A DNA stretch of 43,651 nucleotides from Pseudomonadota bacterium (GCA_030608745.1 JAUWDQ010000001.1:1-43651), one strand, 5' to 3'; shown: positions 1 to 7,867, counted from the first letter of the stretch. Program-made: numbers and translations. The notes: generated from the letters alone by a model not told the origin.

Positions 1-156
1 AAGGCTTGCATCGATCGGGCGGAGGTTCGGGCCATGGGAAGGCAGATCATCCTGATCAAGGGTAAACGGATGGAAGGTCTCTCATTCGGAGAGGTTGAAT
101 TGACCCGTCGTTTGATTCAAAGCGTTGAATCCATAAGGGAGAAATCCGGGCCCTAG
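1..156 (+). CDS. 3' end of an upstream CDS cut by the window edge (product unknown)
   Basis: Frame 1 is open from nt 1 to TAG at 154-156 (...GEVELTRRLIQSVESIREKSGP*). It ends about 20 nt before the RBS of the next gene. No family recognised. Confidence 0.3.
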   Translation, partial: KACIDRAEVRAMGRQIILIKGKRMEGLSFGEVELTRRLIQSVESIREKSGP

Positions 157-187
157 AATCGGAAAACATTGAGGAAGGAGGTCCACC

Positions 188-1456
188 ATGGTTCAAAGGA
201 GAAAGAGGTTGGCGAGAGGGGTTGCCGTGATCGGGGCGGGAATCTCTCATTTCGGGGCCTTTAAGGATAAGGATTCCCGGGACCTGTTTGTAGAGGCCTT
301 TCAGTCGACGTTAGAAACGGTGCAAAAGGGAATTGATCCGAAGGAGATCGAGGCGATCTATGTGGGAAATCTCTCCAGCGATTGCTTCGAGGGACAAGCT
401 CATATAGCCCCTCTCATGGCGGAATGGGTGGGGTTGAACCCCAGGCCCGCCACGCGAACTGAGGATGCCTGTGCCAGTAGCGGCGTCGCTCTGCGAGAGG
501 GAATCATCGCCGTAGCTTCCGGGCTTTACGATATCGTGCTGGTCAGCGGGGTGGAGGTCATGAATAAGTTGACGACGGCCAGGGTTACCGACATCCTGGC
601 GGCGGCGGCGGATGCCCTCTATGAGGTCTCAGTTGGCGCTACCTTCCCAAGCCTCTATGCCCAAATCGCCACTGCCCACATGGCGAAATACGGGACCACG
701 GAGGAACAGTTGATGAAAATCGCCATCAAGAATCACAATAACGGCGCACTAAATCCAAAGGCCCATTTCAACGCCTCCATCCGGGATATCATGAACTCCC
801 GCCTTGCAAAGGCCAAGGAGAGGGGACAACCAATCCCCTCCTGGACCGATCAGATGGAATTCCTCAAAGACCCATCCGTAAACCCCATAGTGGCTTGGCC
901 CATGAAACTCTTTGACTGCTCCCCTATCACCGATGGGGCTGCCTCTACCATATTGGTTTCCGAGGAGATCGCCCGAAATTTCACCGATACACCCATCCAC
1001 ATTATCGGCACGGGCCAAGCAAGTGATGCTCAAGCCCTCCACGGGAGAAAGGACATCACCTCCCTGAACGCCGCCAAACTCGCGGCCGAGCAGGCCTACG
1101 AAATGGCCGGAGTAACTCCAGAAGATATCCAACTCGCCGAAGTCCACGACTGCTTCACCATTGCCGAGGTATTGGCCACCGAGGATTTGGGATTTTTTAA
1201 ACCCGGCGACGGGCCAAGAGCCGCCGAGGAAGGGAGAACGGCCCGGGATGGCAAGAAGCCCGTCAACACATCTGGAGGGCTCAAGGCAAAGGGACATCCG
1301 GTGGGTGCAACGGGGGTAGGCCAGGTCGTGGAGATATGGGAACAGATGAGCGGACATGCCGGCCCGAGACAGGTCCCAGGGGTCAATCTCGCTTTGGCCC
1401 ATAATGTGGGAGCGTCCGGCAGCACCGTGGTCGTCCACATCTTTGAAAGGAGGTAG
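188..1456 (+). CDS. thiolase-like protein (SCP-x / archaeal-type acetyl-CoA C-acyltransferase family)
   Basis: 422-aa ORF with GGAGG 6 nt upstream of the ATG. It has the nucleophile Cys context EDACASSG and the C-terminal HDCFT and GHPVGATG motifs typical of thiolases. It is immediately followed by a DUF35 partner gene. Confidence 0.9.
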   Translation: MVQRRKRLARGVAVIGAGISHFGAFKDKDSRDLFVEAFQSTLETVQKGIDPKEIEAIYVGNLSSDCFEGQAHIAPLMAEWVGLNPRPATRTEDACASSGVALREGIIAVASGLYDIVLVSGVEVMNKLTTARVTDILAAAADALYEVSVGATFPSLYAQIATAHMAKYGTTEEQLMKIAIKNHNNGALNPKAHFNASIRDIMNSRLAKAKERGQPIPSWTDQMEFLKDPSVNPIVAWPMKLFDCSPITDGAASTILVSEEIARNFTDTPIHIIGTGQASDAQALHGRKDITSLNAAKLAAEQAYEMAGVTPEDIQLAEVHDCFTIAEVLATEDLGFFKPGDGPRAAEEGRTARDGKKPVNTSGGLKAKGHPVGATGVGQVVEIWEQMSGHAGPRQVPGVNLALAHNVGASGSTVVVHIFERR

Positions 1457-1882
1457 ATGGTCCATATGGAAGAAAAAGAGTTCACAGCGGCTTCCTTCTA
1501 CCGGTTTTTGGATCGCAAAAAATTGATGGGCTCGAAATGTAAGGAGTGCGGGACCCTCTTCTTGCCTCCCCGGCCTTTCTGCGGCCAGTGCTCGGGGAAT
1601 GAAGTGGAATGGTTTCAATTCTCGGGCAGGGGAAAACTCGTCTCCTTTAGTGTGGTCAGGGTAGGAACGACCTCATATGAGGAGAAGGGCTACAGCCGCG
1701 ATAATCCCTATTGCTGGGGCGTGGTCCAACTCGATGAGGGGCCACGGATAAGCGCCCTCCTTCTGGGGGCCAATCTCTCTCGCCCGGATTCAATCAAAAC
1801 CGGCCAACCGCTCAAGGTCGTCTTTCCGGATAAACCCGAAGAGGGGGGAGAGAGGAACCCTGTCACATTCCGCGTGCAATAA
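1457..1882 (+). CDS. DUF35 Zn-ribbon/OB-fold protein (thiolase partner subunit)
   Basis: It starts at the nucleotide after the thiolase stop (TAGATG). It has a CxxC...CxxC zinc ribbon (CKECG...CGQCSG) followed by an OB-fold-like region. An alternative ATG lies at 1466. Confidence 0.85.
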   Translation: MVHMEEKEFTAASFYRFLDRKKLMGSKCKECGTLFLPPRPFCGQCSGNEVEWFQFSGRGKLVSFSVVRVGTTSYEEKGYSRDNPYCWGVVQLDEGPRISALLLGANLSRPDSIKTGQPLKVVFPDKPEEGGERNPVTFRVQ

Positions 1883-1900
1883 GGATCCCATCAAAAGGAT

Positions 1901-1916
1901 TTTCGGATATCCGAAA
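1901..1916. repeat. perfect 16-bp palindrome TTTCGGATATCCGAAA in the DUF35/CoA-transferase spacer (possible operator)
   Basis: Read directly: TTTCGGAT|ATCCGAAA is self-complementary with no loop. It sits 45 nt upstream of the ATG at 1961. Confidence 0.5.
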
Positions 1917-1960
1917 TAAAGGTATATATCACCCATATGCTCACGAAGGGATGACTGACG

Positions 1961-3135
1961 ATGGAAGCCTTACACGGAATCAAGGTCTTGGACCTGACCC
2001 GCCTTTTACCCAGCAATTTTTGCACCTTGCTTCTGGCCGATTACGGCGCGGATGTGCTCAAGATCGAGGATACCGATCGGGGCGATTACGGCAGGTGGCA
2101 TCCCCCCGTGTCCGGACCAAAAGCGCCTATTTTCTCGGCCTTAACCGCAACAAGAAGAGCATGAAGCTCAACCTCAAGAGCGATGAGGGAAAGGCCATCT
2201 TCATGCAACTGGCCCAAAAGAGCGATGTCATCCTGGAGGGCTTCAGGCCAGGGGTAACCGGTCGACTCGGCATCGGCTATGACGCCGTACAGAAGATGAA
2301 CCCCGAGATTATCTATTGCTCCATCTCGGGATTTGGCCAGGACGGCCCCTACAGGGATAAGGTAGGCCACGACATCAACTATATCGGCATCGGTGGCATC
2401 TTGGGGATTACGGGCCAAATGGGTGGGCCGCCCGTCATCCCGGCATCCCAGATGACCGACATTGGAGCAGGGGGGATGATGGCCACGGTCGGAATCCTCA
2501 TGGCCTTGGTTCATCGGCGGAAAACGGGCAAGGGCCAATATATCGACATCTCCATGCTCGATGGCGTCGTTTCCTGGCTATCACTGTTCGCCTCAAAATT
2601 CTTCGCCGATGGGGAAATTCCTGAACGAGGGGGAATGATGCTGAACGGGAAATTCCCCTGTTATCGGGTATACCGAACGAAAGACGATAAATACATCACC
2701 ATCGGGGCCCTTGAGGAAAAATCCTGGAAAAACCTGTGCCGAGCGCTTGAAAGGGAAGACCTCATCCACCATCAATACGCAACGGGCTCCCAAGGGGATG
2801 AGGTGGTAGCCCAACTGGAGAAGATCTTCCTCACCAAGACCAGGGATGAGTGGGCCGAATACTTGGAGGGCTTCGAGATTTGCCACGGCCCGGTCAACGA
2901 CTTCCAGGAAACCTTCTCCGATCCCCAGGTCCTCCACCGGGGAATGATCCTGGAGGTGGACCACCCGACGGAGGGTCGAATCAAACAGCTGGGATTCCCC
3001 ATTAAATTCTCGGAAACCCCCGACCGAGTCAGGCTCCCATCACCCGGCTATGGGGAGCACACCAGGGAGGTGCTTCAGGATCTGGGATATTCCGAGGGAA
3101 ATATTGAAACCTTCGAAAAATCGGGGGTAATTTAA
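1961..3135 (+). pseudogene. family III CoA-transferase (CaiB/BaiF / alpha-methylacyl-CoA racemase-like) with one frame break
   Basis: The family N-terminus (MEALHGIKVLDLTRLLPSNFCTLLLADYGADVLKIED...GDYGRWHPPV) is in the frame starting at 1961, which stops at 2164. The rest of the family sequence (KSAYFLGLNRNKKS...GHDINYIGIGGILG...) is in the 1951 frame. The switch lies between about 2100 and 2123. One extra A in the A4 run at 2119-2122 would restore ...VSGPKSAYFLGLN.... Confidence 0.8.
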
Positions 3136-3196
3136 CTTCCTCGCTTACCCGACCTGACGAAGGCTAGGGATCTAAGAGACCCAGAGGAAAAATCGC

Positions 3197-5305
3197 GTGG
3201 GAACGGATGAAATGATCGTGAAGACCCACTGTGCAAGAATGGACCATGGCGGGTGTGGATTGCTGGTTCACGTCGAAAACGGGCGCATCACAAAGGTGGA
3301 GCCTGACCCCCATTCCTTCCTCAATCGAGGAACTATCTGCGCTAAGGGAATCGCACAGATCGAACGGATGAATCACCCCGATCGTCTCACCGTTCCCCTG
3401 AGAAGGGTGGGGGAAAGGGGGAGTGGCACATGGGAACCCATATCATGGGATAAGTCCCTGGATCTGATTACGCATAACATAGAGGAAGTGAAATCCCGGG
3501 ATGGGGCCGAGGCCATCTGCTTTGCCCAGGGAACACCAAAGGGGCTTGAGCTCTTTCTGATGATCCGCCTGGCGAATCTCCTCAGAGCACCCAACCTCTC
3601 CACCCCTGGAAGCGTCTGTCACATGCCACGGGAGACGGCCTCCATCCTCACCTGTGGTTTCTTTCCCATTCCCGATTACGACCATCCCTCCTCCTGCGTG
3701 ATGGTATGGGGGAGTAACCTCTTCCAGACGAACGAAGAAGGGGTGATGGGTTCCCAATTGAGAAGAGCCCTGGACAGGGGGGCAAGGCTCGTCGTCATCG
3801 ATCCGAGAAAAACGGCCATTGCCAAAATGGCTGATCTATGGCTCCAACCAAGGCCCGGAACGGATTTGGCCCTGGCATTGGGCATGGTGAGTGTGATTGT
3901 GGATGACGGGCTCTATGACGGCGACTTTGTGGAGAAGTGGACCGTCGGGTTTGGTCCCTTGGTGGAGCACCTCCGCCGATATCCGTTGGAAAAGATATCC
4001 GAAATCACCTGGGTTCCCGAGGAGAAAATCCGAGAGGCGGCACGGCTTTATGCGCAAACGAAGCCGGCATGCATTCAATGGGGAAATGCCCTGGAGCACA
4101 ATGCCAATAGCATTCAATGTGCTCGCGCCCTCCTCATCCTCAAAGCCATCACCGGCAATTTGGACGAACCGGGGGGGAATGTTAGGCGTGAGGGCCCGCC
4201 CATCATGAAAACCGGCGCCCTCGTGCTCTCGAACCGATTTCCGGACAAGAAGGAGAAGATCCTGAGCGCTCAATTCCCCCTGGCGGCCATGATGGGTTTC
4301 GTCCCCTCGCAGAAGGTCACCAAGGCCATCCTTACCGGAAAACCGTATCCCATTCGGATGATGTTCATCCAAGGCGGAAACCCTCTTCTCAGCTATGCCA
4401 ATTCAAGGGAGACTCACGAAGCCCTCAGGAAGTTGGATTTCCTGGCTGTTTCGGAGATCTTTCTAACCCCCACTGCTCAATTGGCAGATCTCGTCCTTCC
4501 GGCCGCCACGAACTTCGAATTCGACGATATCGGCCATTTAGGGCTCCCCCACGGCTTCATCCTGGCCAGGCCCAAGATCGTCGATCCACCGGAAGCGTGC
4601 TGGTCCGACTCAAAGATCATCAACGAATTGAGCAAGAGATTGGGTTTCTCCGAATTTTTCTGGCCCGATATGGGGCAGTGCCTGGACGAGATATTGAGGC
4701 CTGCAGGCTTGACCTTTGGGGACTTCAAGGAGATGGGCATACTGAGGGGGAGCTGGGAGTACAGGAGCTACGAAAAGAACGGGTTCAAAACCCCATCGGG
4801 AAAAGTTGAGATCTATTCCCAGAGGTTAAAGGATTGGGGGTTCGATCCCCTCCCCTCTTACCGGGACGTCCAAGACCCTCTTGAGAGCAAAACTGACTCT
4901 TCAGAGAAATATCCCTTCATCCTCACCTCGGCCAAGGATGCCTTCTCCTTCCACTCAGCGTATAGGAATATCGCCTCACTGAGGCGGCTCTCCCAGGATC
5001 CCATCGTTCTCCTGCATCCGGATGCGGCTTCCCAACGGGGAATCCGAGAAGGTGACTGGGTGGCCATCCATACAAAACAAGGATCGATTCAGCAAAAAGC
5101 CGCCCTCTCCCCGGATTTGGATCCCCGGGTATTGATCGGAAGTATCGGGTGGTGGTTTCCGGAGAGAGGTGACCTGGAGCTCTCCGGATGGAAGGAGGCC
5201 AACTTCAACGTCTTGACCAGCAGCGACCCGCCCTTTGACCCGACCATAGGCACCCCGAACCTGAGGGCCATCCCCTGCCAGATCTCCAAATCCAGCGGTT
5301 TTTAA
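3197..5305 (+). CDS. molybdopterin (Mo/W bis-PGD) oxidoreductase-family protein, acetylene-hydratase-like, cytoplasmic
   Basis: 702-aa ORF with a GTG start 8 nt after AGAGGA (alternative ATG at 3212). No twin-arginine signal. MopB-type blocks are present: LVVIDPRKT..MADLWLQPRPGTD, FLTPTAQLADLVLPAAT, KTPSGKVEIYS and a C-terminal PNLR. The N-terminal Cys motif is degenerate, and a candidate metal-ligand Cys sits in GSVCHMP. Confidence 0.9.
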   Translation: MGTDEMIVKTHCARMDHGGCGLLVHVENGRITKVEPDPHSFLNRGTICAKGIAQIERMNHPDRLTVPLRRVGERGSGTWEPISWDKSLDLITHNIEEVKSRDGAEAICFAQGTPKGLELFLMIRLANLLRAPNLSTPGSVCHMPRETASILTCGFFPIPDYDHPSSCVMVWGSNLFQTNEEGVMGSQLRRALDRGARLVVIDPRKTAIAKMADLWLQPRPGTDLALALGMVSVIVDDGLYDGDFVEKWTVGFGPLVEHLRRYPLEKISEITWVPEEKIREAARLYAQTKPACIQWGNALEHNANSIQCARALLILKAITGNLDEPGGNVRREGPPIMKTGALVLSNRFPDKKEKILSAQFPLAAMMGFVPSQKVTKAILTGKPYPIRMMFIQGGNPLLSYANSRETHEALRKLDFLAVSEIFLTPTAQLADLVLPAATNFEFDDIGHLGLPHGFILARPKIVDPPEACWSDSKIINELSKRLGFSEFFWPDMGQCLDEILRPAGLTFGDFKEMGILRGSWEYRSYEKNGFKTPSGKVEIYSQRLKDWGFDPLPSYRDVQDPLESKTDSSEKYPFILTSAKDAFSFHSAYRNIASLRRLSQDPIVLLHPDAASQRGIREGDWVAIHTKQGSIQQKAALSPDLDPRVLIGSIGWWFPERGDLELSGWKEANFNVLTSSDPPFDPTIGTPNLRAIPCQISKSSGF

Positions 5306-5318
5306 AAACGGTCTTTTC

Positions 5319-5349
5319 CCTCCAACCCTTAGGCTAATCCTAACGCTTC
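5319..5349. repeat. copy 1 of an imperfect direct repeat (CCTCCAACCCT-N6-AATCCTAACGCTTC)
   Basis: Read directly. An 11-mer plus a 14-mer block recur at 6641-6673 with only one substitution and a 2-nt spacing difference. This copy lies 14 nt after the Mo-enzyme stop. Confidence 0.5.
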
Positions 5350-5473
5350 TTCCACTGGGGCTTTCTTTTCTTGAGAAAGGCATCGAAATAAAAATGGCGA
5401 AACTTGAAGAATCTGAACACTTCGGCTACTATCTGAAACCAACGGGAATTTCTGACTCGCCCCAGGGATCTTT

Positions 5474-6241
5474 ATGGACGTTATCGCCCGGGTTGGAGAA
5501 CTGCTGAAGAGAGGGGAAACCTTCTGTCTCGTCACTGTTGTGGTCTCCGCCAACCCGGATATCCCAGCCGGCGGGAAAACGATTGTCCTGACGGATGGAT
5601 CAATGGAAGGAGGAACCGGGTCAGCGCAGCTGGATTCAAAAGTGCGTGCTCTGGCTCTAAAGGCTCTGGAGGAGAAGAAGAGAGGCACCGTTGAAATTGA
5701 AGACGGGGTTCGAGCCTTTTTCGATGTTCTCTCGGGTGAAGCCAAGCTACTCGTGTGCGGCGCAGGTCACATAGCCATACCCCTCGCGGACTTTGCCCGC
5801 AAAGTCGGATTCCGCGTGACAGTGCTCGACGATCGCTCCGACTTTGCTCACCCGTCCCGGTTCCCTGGCTGTGAAGTGATTGCGGAGGACTTCATAGTGG
5901 CCCTGCGTGATATGCCCTTCAGCCCTTCCACGTATGTTGTCGTGATAACCCGTGGCCACGAGCACGACGCTGAGTGTCTTGCCGAGGTATTACGCAAGGA
6001 AACCGCTTATGTTGGCCTCATTGGTAGCCGCCGGAGGGTTCAATTCGTCCTCGAGATGCTGGGCCGAGAGGGGATCCCCCAGGAGCGCCTGGAAGAAGTC
6101 TTTGCTCCCATAGGGCTTCCCATTGGAGCCGAATCACCGGAGGAGATTGCGCTCTCTATCGTGGCTGAGCTCGTGACCATACGAAGGAAAGACCATGCGC
6201 AGGGGCGAGCCTTACGGGCTGCCGCAGGAGGTAGCAGATGA
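5474..6241 (+). CDS. XdhC/CoxI-family molybdenum cofactor insertion/accessory protein (N-domain plus Rossmann domain)
   Basis: 255 aa. It has an XdhC_CoxI-like N-terminus (ETFCLVTVV...GGKTIVLTDGSMEGGTG) and a Rossmann part (LLVCGAGHIAIPLA...VVITRGHEHD...YVGLIGSRRR). Confidence 0.85.
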   Translation: MDVIARVGELLKRGETFCLVTVVVSANPDIPAGGKTIVLTDGSMEGGTGSAQLDSKVRALALKALEEKKRGTVEIEDGVRAFFDVLSGEAKLLVCGAGHIAIPLADFARKVGFRVTVLDDRSDFAHPSRFPGCEVIAEDFIVALRDMPFSPSTYVVVITRGHEHDAECLAEVLRKETAYVGLIGSRRRVQFVLEMLGREGIPQERLEEVFAPIGLPIGAESPEEIALSIVAELVTIRRKDHAQGRALRAAAGGSR

Positions 6242-6555
6242 CCGACCAAGAGATCTTCCAAAAATGTGCAGAGCTTCGAGATCGGGACATACCGTTCTGT
6301 CTCGCCACAATCGCTGAAGCCGTCGGTTCCACTCCCCGTGAGATAGGCGCTAAGATGATCATATGCGCCGACGGAAGTATGCACGGATCCGTAGGTGGAG
6401 GATGTGGAGAGAATCAGGTCCGAAGCGCTGCTCTCCGCTGCATCCTCACCACGAAAAAACCCGAGTTTTTGGAAATAGACCTCACAGACGACCTTGGCAC
6501 CAGGGGTGGGGATGTCTGCGGCGGAAAAATGTGGATCTTTGTGGAACCTTTATGA
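6238..6555 (+). CDS. XdhC/CoxI N-terminal-domain-only protein
   Basis: 105 aa. Its ATG overlaps the upstream stop (ATGA at 6238-6241). It carries the IPFCLATI...GAKMIICADGSMHGSVGGGC motif typical of the XdhC_CoxI domain. Confidence 0.75.
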   Translation: MTDQEIFQKCAELRDRDIPFCLATIAEAVGSTPREIGAKMIICADGSMHGSVGGGCGENQVRSAALRCILTTKKPEFLEIDLTDDLGTRGGDVCGGKMWIFVEPL

Positions 6556-6640
6556 AATCTCAGGCGTTACGCTAAGCAGGCTATCCACGGGGATGGGGGA
6601 TGTAGTTCCGATAATTCCGATATCCAATCAGGCCCTCTAT

Positions 6641-6673
6641 CCTCCAACCCTGTTCCCGCAATACTAACGCTTC
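6641..6673. repeat. copy 2 of the imperfect direct repeat (CCTCCAACCCT-N8-AATACTAACGCTTC)
   Basis: Read directly and matches 5319-5349. Together the two copies bracket the xdhC-like gene pair. Confidence 0.5.
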
Positions 6674-6825
6674 CCTTCCTACACCACTCTGAGCTAATTG
6701 ATCCAGAATAGAGTCGCAATCCTGCCACGGGTGCTCCTTGCTCTCCATTAAACTATTTCCCCTGATGTATCAACGGAGTTTTAGGAACTACGGCTCCCTT
6801 TATCTGCTGTGCTCGGGGGGGAATG

Positions 6826-6841
6826 TGGCACATCGATTGCA
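6826..6841 (+). promoter_or_regulatory. sigma54 (RpoN) -24/-12 promoter TGGCAC-N5-TTGCA
   Basis: TGGCACatcgaTTGCA matches the TGGCAC-N5-TTGCW consensus with the correct GG/GC spacing. It lies about 45 nt upstream of an AGGAGG RBS (6874-6879) and the GTG at 6885. Confidence 0.6.
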
Positions 6842-6884
6842 TAAAAAAACACTACTAATAATCACATCAAAACAGGAGGAAATA

Positions 6885-7859
6885 GTGGAGGGTAGAGGGC
6901 AAATCCTGGCGCTAACCTCGAGCAAAGGTGGGGTTGGAAAGACCCATCTCGCCGTGGGCCTGTCGGCCGCCCTGGCGAAAAGAAACGTTCGTGTTCTTTT
7001 GATCGATGCGGATCTGGGCAATGGAATTATTTCAGATCGGCTCGGCTTCTATCCCAAGTATAATCTGGCTCATTTTTTCTTGAAAGAGAGGGCCCTTGGA
7101 GATTTGATTGAAGAAACTCCCTTTGGTCTCTTTCTGATCGGCGGGGAACGGGGGAATCTTGCCCTGGCCAATCTTAACTATCTGCAGAAGATGAAGTTTC
7201 TGAGGAGTTTCATCGGGGTCAGCAGGAATTTCGATTATGTTGTGCTCGATTTGGCCTCAGGCATTAACCGTCAAACGATCGATTTTGCCCTGTTGGCGGA
7301 AAAAACGATCATTGTGACATCTCCCAATGATCTAACCAGCGCCTATGGGTCGGTGCGAGCCTGTTTCTCCCGATTCATGCAACTAGAGGTTAGCCTGTTT
7401 AAGAGAATCGAGGGTTACAAGGCCAGACGTTTCTTTAGACCCCTTATTCTGATGAACCATATCACAGATCTCTACCAGGGGAAAGCGGCCTTTGATGCAC
7501 TTGAAAGTGCTGTGGAGAACAGACTCAACAGCACAGCTGGTCCTTTCGGAATCAAAATGGGTCACTTGGGGGTCGTCTTTCACGATCCTGGGCTCTTTAA
7601 AAAATCTGAGGACAGACGGCGCCCAGCTTCCCTGGTCTCGGTCTATTCAAAGGTGGCCTTCTGCGTCAACTCAATAGCTAGTGCCATTTGTAGCCCTTCT
7701 CTATTCAGGGGCTTCGATGGAGAGGAGCGCCTTCGTTATATCATTCAGATTCTCATGGGACAGCAGGAGAGGCTGAGAAAAGGGCTGGCTCAAAAGGTCA
7801 TGAAAGTCTCTCCAATAAAAATTCCTTTCCGCCATAGAAGTCAGTCCATTGCCCACTGA
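6885..7859 (+). CDS. MinD/ParA/FlhG-family P-loop ATPase (orphan)
   Basis: It has the deviant Walker A SSKGGVGKT, then LLIDADLG and a DYVVLDLASG Walker B-like block. I place the start at GTG 6885 (AGGAGG plus a 5-nt spacer, downstream of the sigma54 promoter). The maximal ORF opens at TTG 6738, but that extension has no family-like sequence. Confidence 0.8.
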   Translation: MEGRGQILALTSSKGGVGKTHLAVGLSAALAKRNVRVLLIDADLGNGIISDRLGFYPKYNLAHFFLKERALGDLIEETPFGLFLIGGERGNLALANLNYLQKMKFLRSFIGVSRNFDYVVLDLASGINRQTIDFALLAEKTIIVTSPNDLTSAYGSVRACFSRFMQLEVSLFKRIEGYKARRFFRPLILMNHITDLYQGKAAFDALESAVENRLNSTAGPFGIKMGHLGVVFHDPGLFKKSEDRRRPASLVSVYSKVAFCVNSIASAICSPSLFRGFDGEERLRYIIQILMGQQERLRKGLAQKVMKVSPIKIPFRHRSQSIAH

Positions 7860-7867
7860 AGCTGGAT

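Noticed and set aside
749-1618. 289-aa minus-strand ORF over the thiolase and DUF35 genes
   Set aside because: It is antisense to strongly supported CDSs, has no motifs and has shadow-ORF composition.
1951-3135. The 394-aa ORF taken as one intact CoA-transferase
   Set aside because: Its first 55 or so residues (MTDDGSLTRNQGLGPDPPF...) are out-of-frame translation. The genuine family N-terminus is in the 1961 frame, so the gene is reported as frame-broken instead.
5306-5473. Possible Moco riboswitch upstream of the xdhC-like genes
   Set aside because: CCTCCAACCC loosely resembles part of the Moco-motif core as I remember it. I could not find the other conserved elements or a convincing multi-stem fold. 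In addition, the same motif recurs downstream of the genes at 6641.
5329-5745. 138-aa minus-strand ORF overlapping the xdhC start region, and the 37-aa plus-strand ORF at 5394-5507
   Set aside because: There is no usable RBS; the nearest AAAGG is about 16 nt from the 5394 ATG. Both overlap a supported CDS and match no family.
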